Assembly (NCBI GenBank): GCA_965215195.1
Contig: CBDCDC010000002.1
Span: 3,200,001 to 3,264,000 of the forward strand
Source: Candidatus Latescibacterota bacterium
GTDB lineage: Bacteria; Latescibacterota; UBA2968; UBA8231
Length of the DNA stretch: 64,000 nucleotides
Reading direction: 5' to 3'
The notes beneath the pieces were generated by a model, which saw only the letters and a program-made list of their open reading frames with translations, did no database searches and was not told the origin of the DNA. Within the stretch, counting starts at the first letter, position 1. Every line of letters starts with the position of its first letter. The position numbers were made by a program, and so were the translations under genes. Of this stretch, positions 44,004 through 53,955 are shown one piece after another.

Positions 44004-47000
44004 ATGGATTCAGCCCATTCACTCGACCACATCGTTCGCCTGACCTCCCAGACGAACAGCTTCAAAGAGGTCGCCGCCCGGCTTGCGAATGGGCAGCAAC
44101 AAGTCCTATTCCACGGGCTGCCCACGACCCTAGCTGCGTTTCTCGCCAGCCACATTCGCACGGCCCTCGAACGCCCGGTGCTCATCGTCGCGGCCGACGA
44201 GGATCGCGCCGAACAGTGGCGCGACGACCTCCAAGTCATCGCCGGCGAGCAGATGGTCTATTACTTTCCGGCTTGGGACGTTGGCATCTACGACCGGCAG
44301 TCCCCGGACCTCGAAATTACCAGCTTGCGCGTAGCGGCCGCCGCACGGCTCATGCGCGGCGAACCAGCCATCGTCGTCGCCCCGGCCTCGGCCCTGCTCG
44401 ATCCGCTAATCCCGCCTCATGCCCTCGAATTGGGCACCGAGGTCCTCAAGGTCGGGGAGGAACGCGACCTCGACGCGCTCTGCTCGCACTGGGTCGCCTG
44501 CGGCTTCGAGCGCGTGGCGGCCATCGACGGCATCGGGCAATTCAGCCTGCGCGGCGGCATCCTCGACATATACCCTTTCGGGGTTGAGCATCCCTACCGC
44601 TGCGAGTTCTTCGGCGACGAGATCGAATCCATCCGCCACTTCGACGTCAGCACTCAGCGCTCGCTGAGCACCTGCGAAGAGGCTTGGGTGCTGCCGGCGC
44701 ACGAGGTGCTGCTCAATGACCTCTTTTGCGAAGACTACCTTCAGCGGATTGAGGCGGCTGGCGCGGCTGAAGCCCTCGCTCCGCTGAAAGACCAGCTAGA
44801 GCTAAGCGAGTCGCTCGACGGCATTGAGTGCTACATTTCCCTGCTCTACGGCCGCGACGACGGGCTTTTCGAGTACCTCAAAGAGCCGGTGCTCTTTTTG
44901 GACGAGCGCGAAGAAATCGCCGCGGCCCTCGACAAGGCCCTAGCGCGGCCGCGCCAAGAATACGAGCGGTCGCGGCAAAAGGAATCGCGGCTGCCCCCGT
45001 CGGCACTCCTGCGCGACGGGGATTGGCTCATTGCCCAGCTAGACAACCGCACCCGGACCGAGCCGGCACCCTTGGGCCAGCTCGACGCCGCTGTCCGCTT
45101 CGGGGCCGCAGAGCCGCGCGTTTTTGCCGGCGAGCGCACGCTCCTACAGCAGGAAATCGACCGGCTCGCAACCGAGTCCTACGCCATCCACATCCGCTGC
45201 GAGACCAAGGGGCAGGCGAGCCGCTTACGGGAAATTTTCGCCGACTGCCCCGAGATCCACTTTGGGCTTGGCTCGCTGCACCAAGGCTTCACCTTTCCGC
45301 AAGCCCAGCTAGCCCTGCTCAACGACCACGAGATCTTCAGCCGCCAGAAGCGCCGCTATCGCTATCGCCGGTTCCGCACGGCCAAGTCCATCGCCAACTA
45401 CGGCACCTTGCAGCGCGGCGATTTCGTCGTTCACATCGACCACGGCATTGGCCGCTACTCGGGCATCCGCCGCCTGCGGATCGGCGGACGCGAGCACGAT
45501 TGCCTCGTCGTGGTCTATCAGGGCCAAGACCGCGTCTTCGTCCCGGTCGAACAACTCGACCGCCTGCGCAAGTATTCCAGCGCCGAAGGCGAGGTCCCCC
45601 TGCTCAGCAAGCTGGGCAGTGCCGCTTGGGAAAAACTCAAGGAGCGCACGCGCGAAGAGATCTTCAAAATGGCCAGCGAGTTGGTGCATCTCTACGCCGA
45701 GCGCAAGGCAAGGCCCGGCTTCGCGTTCTCAGCCGATGGGCCTCTACACCGCGAGCTAGAGGCGGCCTTTCCCTTCCAAGAGACGCCCGACCAGTTGCGC
45801 ACCATGGAAGAGGTCAAAAAGGATATGGAAGCACCGCAGCCGATGGATCGCTTAGTCTGCGGCGACGTTGGCTATGGCAAGACCGAGGTCGCCGTGCGCG
45901 CTGCCTTCAAGGCCATCTGCGATCACAAGCAAGCCGCTGTGCTGGTGCCTACCACCATTCTCGCCGAGCAGCACTACCAGACCTTCTCAGAGCGCATGAG
46001 GCACACTCCAGCGCGCGTTGAGGTGCTCAGCCGCTTCCGCACCCCCAAGGAACAGCAGCAGATCCTCCAAGACGTCAAAAATGGCCAAGTTGATGTGCTC
46101 ATCGGCACCCATCGCATCCTCTCCAAGGATATCCGCTTCCGCGACTTAGGGCTTTTGGTCGTCGATGAGGAGCAGCGCTTTGGGGTCCGCCACAAGGAGC
46201 GGCTCAAGCAGCTAAAGCGGCTCGTCGATGTGCTGAGCCTGACGGCGACCCCAATCCCGCGCACCCTGCACATGTCCATGATGGGCGCTCGGGACATGTC
46301 GGTGATCAACACCCCGCCGCAGGATCGCCTGCCCATCCACACCGAGATCCTAGCTTTTGACGAGGCCCGCATTGCCGAGGCCATCCACCGCGAGGTCGAG
46401 CGCGGCGGTCAAATTTACTTCGTCCACAACCGAGTGCAGCCGATTCAGCGGCTCGCGGAATACCTGCAAGACCTCCTGCCGCAGGTGCGCTTCGGCGTCG
46501 CCCACGGGCAGATGCCCCCCAAGCAGCTAGAGAAGGTCATGGTCGATTTCTTGGAACGAAAGTACGACTGTCTGGTCTGCACTATGATCATTGAATCGGG
46601 TATCGACATCCCTTCGGTCAACACCATTATCGTCAACCGCGCCGATGCGCTGGGCCTGAGCCAGCTCTACCAAATCCGGGGCCGAGTCGGCCGCTCCAAC
46701 GAGCGCGCCTACGCCTATCTGCTGGTGCCCAAGGGCAAGAAGCTGACCAAGAAGAGCCGCATGCGCCTGCGCGCCATCGAGGAATTCGCCGATTTAGGGT
46801 CTGGATTCAACATTGCCATGCGCGATCTGGAGATCCGCGGGGCCGGCAACCTAGTGGGGGCGCAGCAACACGGATTTATCGCTGCCGTCGGTTTCGACCT
46901 CTACTGCCGCCTGTTGGACGAGGCCCTGCGCGAAATCAAGGGCGAGTACGCGCCCGACGACCCCGAACCCGAGATAAAAATCGCGGTCTCGGCTTATATT

Positions 47001-47402
47001 CCAGATGAGTACCTGCGCGACCCAGACCAAAAGATGGAATTCTACCAGCGCTTAGCCGACGCCAGCCGCATTGTCGATCTTTTGGACATCCGCGAGGAGA
47101 TGCAGGATCGCTTTGGGCGCTTGCCCCAGCCGGCGCGCTCGCTAATGTACATCATGGAAATCAAGATCATGGCCCGCCAGCTCGGCCTCGCAAGCGTCCA
47201 GTTGGAGCAGAGTCGCTTTCGCCTCGCCTTTCTGCCAGACAGGCCAGTCTCACCAGCCGACATCGAGAAGATGGTGGAGCAGTGTTCTACCCAGCTAGAC
47301 TTCGACTTGGGTGAGCAGCTCAAGATCGAGGTCCGAGTGCCGGGCCGCGACGAGATAGAGCGCTTGGAAAAAGTGCGCAACATCCTGGAGGAAATCCTCT
47401 GA
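44004..47402 (+). CDS. mfd: Transcription-repair coupling factor
   Basis: VHIDHGIG, GDVGYGKTEVA, DEEQRFGV, TATPIPRTL, QIRGRVGRS, DLEIRGAGN. Confidence 0.98.
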   Translation: MDSAHSLDHIVRLTSQTNSFKEVAARLANGQQQVLFHGLPTTLAAFLASHIRTALERPVLIVAADEDRAEQWRDDLQVIAGEQMVYYFPAWDVGIYDRQSPDLEITSLRVAAAARLMRGEPAIVVAPASALLDPLIPPHALELGTEVLKVGEERDLDALCSHWVACGFERVAAIDGIGQFSLRGGILDIYPFGVEHPYRCEFFGDEIESIRHFDVSTQRSLSTCEEAWVLPAHEVLLNDLFCEDYLQRIEAAGAAEALAPLKDQLELSESLDGIECYISLLYGRDDGLFEYLKEPVLFLDEREEIAAALDKALARPRQEYERSRQKESRLPPSALLRDGDWLIAQLDNRTRTEPAPLGQLDAAVRFGAAEPRVFAGERTLLQQEIDRLATESYAIHIRCETKGQASRLREIFADCPEIHFGLGSLHQGFTFPQAQLALLNDHEIFSRQKRRYRYRRFRTAKSIANYGTLQRGDFVVHIDHGIGRYSGIRRLRIGGREHDCLVVVYQGQDRVFVPVEQLDRLRKYSSAEGEVPLLSKLGSAAWEKLKERTREEIFKMASELVHLYAERKARPGFAFSADGPLHRELEAAFPFQETPDQLRTMEEVKKDMEAPQPMDRLVCGDVGYGKTEVAVRAAFKAICDHKQAAVLVPTTILAEQHYQTFSERMRHTPARVEVLSRFRTPKEQQQILQDVKNGQVDVLIGTHRILSKDIRFRDLGLLVVDEEQRFGVRHKERLKQLKRLVDVLSLTATPIPRTLHMSMMGARDMSVINTPPQDRLPIHTEILAFDEARIAEAIHREVERGGQIYFVHNRVQPIQRLAEYLQDLLPQVRFGVAHGQMPPKQLEKVMVDFLERKYDCLVCTMIIESGIDIPSVNTIIVNRADALGLSQLYQIRGRVGRSNERAYAYLLVPKGKKLTKKSRMRLRAIEEFADLGSGFNIAMRDLEIRGAGNLVGAQQHGFIAAVGFDLYCRLLDEALREIKGEYAPDDPEPEIKIAVSAYIPDEYLRDPDQKMEFYQRLADASRIVDLLDIREEMQDRFGRLPQPARSLMYIMEIKIMARQLGLASVQLEQSRFRLAFLPDRPVSPADIEKMVEQCSTQLDFDLGEQLKIEVRVPGRDEIERLEKVRNILEEIL

Positions 47403-48220
47403 AAACACTGCTTGCCATCGCGCTCGCGCTCAGCGCGCTGCCCGGGTGTGAATCGTCGAGCACCCGCGCCATCGTCGCCCGCGTCGGAGACGCCGAACTC
47501 ACCGAGAGCGAGTTTGCAAGCCAATTTGCGCCCGGCCCCGACGCTGAGCTAGCCAAAGGCGAGCGGGAGCAGCTCATCGAGGACTGGGTGCGCCAGGAAC
47601 TGCTCTATCAAGAAGCGCTCGCCCGCGGGATCCACCAGCAGAAGCGACTCAAAACGCTTCTAGCGCAGATGCGACGAGACCTGCTGGTGGCGGCCCTGCT
47701 CGACGCCGAGTTCCAAGACCACGAGCTCGCCTTCAGCGAGGCCGAGATCCGCCGCTACTACGACGCGCATCAAGCCGATTTTCAGCGGCTCCGCCCCGAG
47801 GTTAAGGCGCGGCACATCCTCCTGACGAACCAGCGCGAGGCCAACGCCCGACGTCAAACCCTACTACAACGCGGCGAACGTTTTTCCGAGGTGGCCCGCA
47901 AGTACTCGCACGACGACGCCACCCGCAACGAGGGAGGTGAGCTGGGCTATTTCTCCGAAGTAGAAAATCCCGTGCTGTGGGCCGCGTGCCAAGATCTGCC
48001 GCTCAAGCGCATTTCCGCGCCGGTGCAGACCGAGTACGGCTACCACCTCATCCAAGTCCTAGAGCACTGCGAGGTCGGCACGGTCCGCGACCTCACACAA
48101 GTGCGCTCCCAGATCGTCGAGGCTCTGGTGCGCCAGCATCATCAATCTCAGCTCGACCAACTCGTCGCCAAGCTCAAACACTCCGCAGACTGGGCTATCG
48201 CGGCCCCCACCCATCCCTGA
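47399..48220 (+). CDS. Parvulin-type PPIase lipoprotein (PrsA-like)
   Basis: ARHIL, GGELGY, TEYGYHLI; frame open upstream to CTG 47399 giving signal peptide with LPGC lipobox. Confidence 0.88.
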   Translation: MKTLLAIALALSALPGCESSSTRAIVARVGDAELTESEFASQFAPGPDAELAKGEREQLIEDWVRQELLYQEALARGIHQQKRLKTLLAQMRRDLLVAALLDAEFQDHELAFSEAEIRRYYDAHQADFQRLRPEVKARHILLTNQREANARRQTLLQRGERFSEVARKYSHDDATRNEGGELGYFSEVENPVLWAACQDLPLKRISAPVQTEYGYHLIQVLEHCEVGTVRDLTQVRSQIVEALVRQHHQSQLDQLVAKLKHSADWAIAAPTHP

Positions 48221-48222
48221 AT

Positions 48223-49560
48223 ATGCCACTGCATTCGCCAAATCGCCTGTTGTTAGCTCTCTGCCTCGCGCTGTGTATTGCGCCGCGCGCAGGGGCCTTG
48301 CCCGAACTCATCGACCGCATCGTCGCCACCGTTGACAACCACACGATCCTCTGGTCTGAGCTCAACTACCGACTGCGCTTTGAGGCCGAGCAGCGCGGCC
48401 TCTCGGTTTTTGCCGAATCCGAGCAAATCGAGGCACTCCGCCGCGAGATCCTCGACGCCATGATCGACGAGCAAGTACTGGTTCTCAAGGCCAAGCAAGA
48501 CAGCATTCAGATCGACCCATCCGAAGTCGAGGAAATGCTCGGCCAGCAGTTCCAGATGGCCAAGAGCAGCATGGACGACGGGCAATTCGGGCAGATGCTA
48601 GAGCGCGTGGGCTTGAGCGAGCGCCAGCTCAAGGCCCGCTACCGCAAGGAAATCCGCCACCGCTTGCTCTCGCGCCAGATGCGCGCCTTTGTCTCGTATC
48701 GGGTACACGTCAGCCACCGCGACGTAGAGGCGTTCCGCAGTACCCACCAAGACACCTTGCCGGCCCAAATCTCGCTCAGCCACATTCTGATCCAAGTCCA
48801 GCCCAGCGATGAAGTGCTAAAGGAGAAACGGGCGCGGATCGAAGAGATCCAAGCCCTGCTGGCCGCTGGCGGCGACTTTGCCGCAATAGCCCGCGCCCAC
48901 TCGGAAGATCCCGGCACGGCCTCTCTCGGCGGCGACTTGGGCTGTTTCTCGCCTCAGACTTTGGTGCCCGAGTTCGAGGAAGCGGCCTTCGCCCTGAAAC
49001 CCGGCCAGACTAGCGGGCCAGTTTTGAGCCCCTATGGCTACCACTTGATACAGGTGCGCGAAAAGCGCGAAGCCTCCATCTGCGCCAGCCACATCCTCGT
49101 CTTGGCCAAAACCTCGGAAAGCGACGAGGCCCGGGCGCGGGAAACGCTAGAGGATTTGCGCCACCGCGCCCTCAACGGCGAGGAGTTTTCCCAGCTCGCC
49201 CGCCAGTATTCGGCCAACCCGCAGACGGCCATGCAGGGCGGCCTCTGGGGCACCTTCCCCAAGGACGCGATCCCCGAATTTCTCCAGCCCTACCTCCGCG
49301 ACCTCAAGCTGGGCGACATCAGCGAACCCTTCTTTTTTGACGATGGCGGCCACATCATCAAAGTTGACGACGATCAAGCCGTGATTGAGGGCCTGATCCG
49401 CGAAAGCCGCACCCAAGAAGCCATGCGCCAATTAATCGACGAATACCGGCAGCAAATCCACATCGAGGTTCGGCTCGACGTGGAAAACTTGCGCCGACCG
49501 GTACGAGATGCGACTGGATATCTTTCTGAAGAACACCGGGCTGATCAAGCAGCGCAGTGA
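48223..49560 (+). CDS. surA: SurA-like chaperone / PPIase
   Basis: DRIVATVDN..IL.SE N-domain, two rotamase domains (SHIL..GGDLG..EFE.AAF.L). Confidence 0.85.
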   Translation: MPLHSPNRLLLALCLALCIAPRAGALPELIDRIVATVDNHTILWSELNYRLRFEAEQRGLSVFAESEQIEALRREILDAMIDEQVLVLKAKQDSIQIDPSEVEEMLGQQFQMAKSSMDDGQFGQMLERVGLSERQLKARYRKEIRHRLLSRQMRAFVSYRVHVSHRDVEAFRSTHQDTLPAQISLSHILIQVQPSDEVLKEKRARIEEIQALLAAGGDFAAIARAHSEDPGTASLGGDLGCFSPQTLVPEFEEAAFALKPGQTSGPVLSPYGYHLIQVREKREASICASHILVLAKTSESDEARARETLEDLRHRALNGEEFSQLARQYSANPQTAMQGGLWGTFPKDAIPEFLQPYLRDLKLGDISEPFFFDDGGHIIKVDDDQAVIEGLIRESRTQEAMRQLIDEYRQQIHIEVRLDVENLRRPVRDATGYLSEEHRADQAAQ

Positions 49561-49789
49561 AGCCAAGCGGGCCTGCGACGCCGGGCGAGTCCAAATCGGC
49601 GGCCAGCAGGCCAAGGCTTCGCACTCCGTGGCCGTGGGCGAGCAGATCCACATTGCAACCCCCACCCGCCTGCTCGACATCGAAGTGCTCGGCATCCCGG
49701 AGCGTCAGCCCGCACGGCGGGACCGCCGCCGCTTTTATCGGATCCTCCGCGAGGAATACCGCGACCCGTACGAAGACCTGAGCTTTTAG
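49508..49789 (+). CDS. S4 RNA-binding protein (Hsp15/YabO-like)
   Basis: MRLD.FL....LIK.RS.AK..CD.GRV...G..AK.S. Confidence 0.92.
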   Translation: MRLDIFLKNTGLIKQRSEAKRACDAGRVQIGGQQAKASHSVAVGEQIHIATPTRLLDIEVLGIPERQPARRDRRRFYRILREEYRDPYEDLSF

Positions 49790-49799
49790 GACGCGAATT

Positions 49800-50558
49800 G
49801 TGGGTAGCGCCGCGCAATCCCCCTACCAAGGGCTGGCCCCCATTTACGACTATGTAATGGCCCATGTCGATTACGGCGCATGGGCCGCTTACATCCACGC
49901 GCTCTTCGCCCGCTTTGCTCCGGACGCCATCCGCGTCGCAGACTTGGCCTGCGGCACCGGCAATGTGTCTTTTGCGCTCCACCGCCTCGGCTATGAGGTA
50001 ACGGGCGTGGACCGCTCCGAGGCCATGCTGCGGGTCGCGCGCGAAAAGGCCGCTGGCACCGGCGTCGCGTTCGTCCAGCAGGACCTGCGCCAGCTAGCGG
50101 GCCTAGGGCCTTTTGACGCGGCCACTTGCCTGTACGACAGCGTCAACTATCTGCTCGCACCCGCCGACCTCGACGCGGCCCTGCGCGGTGCCCAAGCCAT
50201 TGTGCAGCCGGGTGGGCTTTTCGTCTTTGACATCTGCACCGAGCGCAATTCGCTGCGCTATTTCCGCAACATGCGCCACAGCGAGCGGGGGCCGGGTTTT
50301 TCCTACGAGCGGCACAGCATGTACGATCCAGACCGGCGGTTACAGAGCAACCACTTCCGCATCCGCCGCAACGGGAGCGACGTCGCCTTAGAGGAAACCC
50401 ATGTCCAGCGCATCTATCCGGTCGCCGCCATCGCCGCCCGCGTCGAGGCGAGTGCTTGGGAGTTGCTCGCGTTCTTCGACGGTTTCACCTTTGACAAGGG
50501 GACCGAGGAATCGGACCGCGTTCACTTCGTCCTCCGCGCTCCGCGAGCGGAAAAATGA
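49800..50558 (+). CDS. Class I SAM-dependent methyltransferase
   Basis: DLACGTG, GVD.S..ML, DSVNYL, PGGLFVFD. Confidence 0.92.
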   Translation: MGSAAQSPYQGLAPIYDYVMAHVDYGAWAAYIHALFARFAPDAIRVADLACGTGNVSFALHRLGYEVTGVDRSEAMLRVAREKAAGTGVAFVQQDLRQLAGLGPFDAATCLYDSVNYLLAPADLDAALRGAQAIVQPGGLFVFDICTERNSLRYFRNMRHSERGPGFSYERHSMYDPDRRLQSNHFRIRRNGSDVALEETHVQRIYPVAAIAARVEASAWELLAFFDGFTFDKGTEESDRVHFVLRAPRAEK

Positions 50559-51511
50559 CTTTGGACCTGCAGCTAAGAGCAACGCACGCATTCATTGAGG
50601 CAGAAGACGACTTTCTGCTTACTACCCACGTCAACAGCGACGCCGACGGCCTAGGTGCCTGCATGGCTTGGGCCCACCTGCTGAGGGGCCTCGGCAAACG
50701 CGCTGACATCGGCCTGCCCGAGCCACCGGCCGGCCAATGTTCCTTTCTCGCCGGTTGGGATGGCGTGCGCCACTTCGCCGACCTCGACTTGGCCGGCTAT
50801 GGCTGCGCCATTGTCGCCGACTGCCCCTCCCTCGACCGCATCGGCCCGGTGCGCCCAAAGCTCAGCCCCGACATCCGTCTCCTCAACATCGATCACCACC
50901 GCGACAATGAGTGCTTCGGCGCGGTGAATATCGTGGAGGAGGTCAGCTCTACCTGCGAGCTCCTCTACCATCTCGCCATCGGCCTCGGCTATGAGATCGA
51001 CGCCGTCGCGGCCGCCCAGCTCTATGCGGGGATTCTCTTTGACACCGGCGGCTTTCGCTTCTCGCTAACGACAGCTACCACTTTTGAAGTGGCGGCCGAT
51101 CTAGTGCGGCGCGGCGCACGTCTCGACGCCATCGCCGAGGGCGTCTTCGGCAACAAGAGCCTCGGCTTGGTCAAACAGCGCGGTCAAGCCATTGAGAGCT
51201 TGGTGCTGCGCCTCGGGGGCCGCGTGGCAGTGCTCCATCTCGACCGCGAAGCCATGAGCGCGGGCGAGCCTGACGAGGTCGTCAACTACGGCCTGATGAT
51301 CAGGGGCGTCGAAGTGGCCGTGCTGCTCAAGGAACGCACCCCCGGGTGCTACCGCATCAGCCTGCGCTCCCGCGACAAGGTCGACGTCAGCCAAGTCGCC
51401 GGCACTTTTGGCGGCGGCGGCCATGCCCGCGCTGCTGGGCTGGAGCTAACGGGTGCGCCCCGAGACATTGTCGAGAATGTATTGGCCGAAATTGGCCGCC
51501 ATTTGAATTAG
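50555..51511 (+). CDS. nrnA: DHH family oligoribonuclease/pAp phosphatase
   Basis: H..SDAD, IDHH, DTGGF, GGGGH.RAAG. Confidence 0.92.
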   Translation: MTLDLQLRATHAFIEAEDDFLLTTHVNSDADGLGACMAWAHLLRGLGKRADIGLPEPPAGQCSFLAGWDGVRHFADLDLAGYGCAIVADCPSLDRIGPVRPKLSPDIRLLNIDHHRDNECFGAVNIVEEVSSTCELLYHLAIGLGYEIDAVAAAQLYAGILFDTGGFRFSLTTATTFEVAADLVRRGARLDAIAEGVFGNKSLGLVKQRGQAIESLVLRLGGRVAVLHLDREAMSAGEPDEVVNYGLMIRGVEVAVLLKERTPGCYRISLRSRDKVDVSQVAGTFGGGGHARAAGLELTGAPRDIVENVLAEIGRHLN

Positions 51512-51551
51512 TAATAATTATTCTTGATTATAGATTTTTATTTATTATATT
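51509..51551 (+). promoter_or_regulatory. AT-rich promoter with ARG-box-like sites upstream of argF
   Basis: AATAATTATTC palindrome, second degenerate copy, TTGATT-16 nt-TATATT. Confidence 0.45.
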
Positions 51552-51596
51552 GTTTTGTTTCGCCACCAAAAGAGCAACAAGCAAGGAGGCATTCCA

Positions 51597-52514
51597 TTGC
51601 ATTTAATTACCCTAAAGGACTGGTCTCCTGCCGACGTGCAGCAAGTTGTCGAGCTCGGCCGCGCCGTCAAGGCCACCCCACAGCACTACGCCGACGCCCT
51701 TTCTGGGCGCACGGTGGTCCTGCTCTTCCAGAAAACTTCGACCCGCACCCGCTGCGCCGGCGAGATCGGCACCGCCCAGCTAGGCGGCCACGCCCTCTAT
51801 CTCGATTGGATAAACACCAACTTCGGCCTCGCCGACTTAGGCGACGAGTTCCGCGTACTCTCCGGCTACGCCGACTTCATCGTCGCCCGCCTGCTCGAAC
51901 ACGCCGCTGTGCGCCGTGCGGCCGCCGCCTCGCAGGTGCCGCTGATAAACGGCTGCTGCAACCGCTACCACCCCTTGCAGGCGCTGGCCGACTTGATGAC
52001 CCTCCAAGAGGCTTTCGGCCGGCTCGAAGGGGTGCGGCTGACCTACGTCGGGGTGCTCAACAACGTCGCCAACTCGCTCATTGCGGCCGGCGTCAAAGTG
52101 GGCATGCACGTCACTTGCGTCTGCCCGGAGATCAACGCTGCCGCACGCGACGACGAGCTCTACGCCGAAGCCAAGTGCTTGGGACTCTACGAGCACACCG
52201 AGGAACTGCACCCGGCGCTGGCAAAATCTGACGTCGTGTACACCGACACTTGGATCGACATGGAGTTCTTCACCGATCCCAAGTTCGCCCGCGAAAAGGA
52301 GCGCCGGGTTCAGACCTTTCAGCCCTATCAACTCAACCGCGAGTTGCTCGCCGATCTAGACCTGAAAATCCTGCACTGCTTGCCCGCCCATCACGGCTAT
52401 GAGATCGAAGGGGAACTTTTGCACGACGAGCGCTCGCTGGTTTTTACCCAAGCCGAAAACCGCCTGCACAGCCAGAAGGCCGTGCTGCTCAAGCTAGCGA
52501 GTGCCCTTTCTTGA
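51597..52514 (+). CDS. argF: Ornithine carbamoyltransferase family
   Basis: TTG after AAGGAGG; STRTR, HPLQ, HCLPA, QAENR. Confidence 0.85.
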   Translation: MHLITLKDWSPADVQQVVELGRAVKATPQHYADALSGRTVVLLFQKTSTRTRCAGEIGTAQLGGHALYLDWINTNFGLADLGDEFRVLSGYADFIVARLLEHAAVRRAAAASQVPLINGCCNRYHPLQALADLMTLQEAFGRLEGVRLTYVGVLNNVANSLIAAGVKVGMHVTCVCPEINAAARDDELYAEAKCLGLYEHTEELHPALAKSDVVYTDTWIDMEFFTDPKFAREKERRVQTFQPYQLNRELLADLDLKILHCLPAHHGYEIEGELLHDERSLVFTQAENRLHSQKAVLLKLASALS

Positions 52515-53843
52515 GCGCGGCGCGTTTGGAACATGGCCAAAGAGCGCGTAGAGAGGCAAGAAAACGAGCTTTTGTTCGGGAAGGACCGATACATTGGCCA
52601 TTGAAAACACCAAACCCATATCGGCGCTTTCGTGTTCCTGTAAGAAAAGGTGCATACTCCGCAAGCGGCCCGCTGGCCCACTCTTGACTTCCAACGGCAC
52701 TATTTTTCCGCTATCATCTACCAATACATAATCCACTTCTGCGCTGCTGCTCTTTTTTTTTCGCGCCCAGTAGTAAAGTCGGCCATTCTCCGAGCCGCCG
52801 CGCTGCGCTAGCAATTCTTGGCCGACGAACTGTTCGGCCAGTGCCCCGCGCCACGTTTTGAGCAAGTCCCTTTCTTGCAATATCTCCCTAGGTGCCGCGC
52901 CGCAGAGGTGTTGTACCATGCCGATGTCGAGAAAGAGGTACTTGAACACTTTGTCCGCGACGCCTGCACCAAGGGGCCGCCCCGAGGCCGCTGTTGCGCG
53001 TACTTTCTGGATGACAGAAGCCTGTTCAAGCACCTGTAGGCAGCGCTTGATCGTCTCGATGCGCTTTTCGGGATAAAGGGCTTGGTACTTGGTTTGCTGG
53101 CCGACGCGAGCGGGCAGTTCGGCAAAAATTCGGTCCAAGCAATCCCGGTCCAAGCGCGGGCTGTACTTGGCGAAGTCTTGGATATAGGCACCACAGAGCG
53201 CCCGATGCACCTCGGCCGCTGCGGCAACCGAGCGCGTCTCGGCGAAGGCACGCACCGCTTCGGGCATGCCTCCGACCACAAAGTACAGGCGCAGATAACC
53301 GAGCAATTTCTCGTGGATAGCTGTCGGCACGGGCGAGCGGGCGTCCATCGCGGGCAGATGTGCGCACAGAATCTCCTCGCCTTGCGCCATGAGAAACTCG
53401 GCAAAAGACATGGGCCGCATCCATTCAAACTCGACGCGACCGATTGGAAAAGAGATTGCCTCTAGGGCAAATTCCAGCAGTGAACCGGCCGCCACCACGT
53501 GTAGTTCCGGCACTTGCTCGTAGAGGTAGCGCAGGGCCATAAGTGCTCGCGGGCAGGCTTGGATCTCGTCGAAAAACAACAGCGTCTCGCCGGGAAGGAT
53601 CCGCATGCCCGCCTCGGCCTCCAGTTGCATCAGCACTGCTTCGGCGCGGAGGTCCTCGGCGAAGATGCGATGCAGGCGTCGATCCATCTCGAAATCAAAG
53701 ACGGCTGTACGGACGAATTCGCGCTTCCCAAAGGCGCAGACAGAGTGCGTTTTTCCCACTTGACGCGCCCCGCGCACGACGAGCGGCTTGCGCCGCGGGC
53801 GGTTTTTCCAAGTGCTGAGCTTGTTGTCGACTAGGCGGTTCAA
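52494..53843 (-). CDS. AAA_14 ATPase with DUF4143 C-terminal domain
   Basis: GARQVGKT, LLFFDEIQ, AGSLL, GGMPEAV, EVDY..PLEVKSG; probable TTG start 53843. Confidence 0.9.
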   Translation of the reverse strand: MNRLVDNKLSTWKNRPRRKPLVVRGARQVGKTHSVCAFGKREFVRTAVFDFEMDRRLHRIFAEDLRAEAVLMQLEAEAGMRILPGETLLFFDEIQACPRALMALRYLYEQVPELHVVAAGSLLEFALEAISFPIGRVEFEWMRPMSFAEFLMAQGEEILCAHLPAMDARSPVPTAIHEKLLGYLRLYFVVGGMPEAVRAFAETRSVAAAAEVHRALCGAYIQDFAKYSPRLDRDCLDRIFAELPARVGQQTKYQALYPEKRIETIKRCLQVLEQASVIQKVRATAASGRPLGAGVADKVFKYLFLDIGMVQHLCGAAPREILQERDLLKTWRGALAEQFVGQELLAQRGGSENGRLYYWARKKKSSSAEVDYVLVDDSGKIVPLEVKSGPAGRLRSMHLFLQEHESADMGLVFSMANVSVLPEQKLVFLPLYALFGHVPNAPRSRKGTR

Positions 53844-53901
53844 TGTATTATTACAAGGTAATTTATCCGCTAAAAATGTATTATTACAAGGTAATTTATC
53901 C
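53842..53901. repeat. Perfect 27-bp direct repeat x2 (33-bp period)
   Basis: AATGTATTATTACAAGGTAATTTATCC at 53842-53868 and 53875-53901. Confidence 0.9.
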
Positions 53902-53955
53902 TGTGGCACTCCTTGAGGCCAACCGCATTCCCGCTGACGACGGCCTCCGCCCAAC

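Noticed and set aside
43783-44043. 86 aa ORF
   Set aside because: Overlaps the tRNA and its terminator; spurious.
53842-53901. Possible CRISPR array
   Set aside because: Only two copies with a 6-nt gap and no cas genes.
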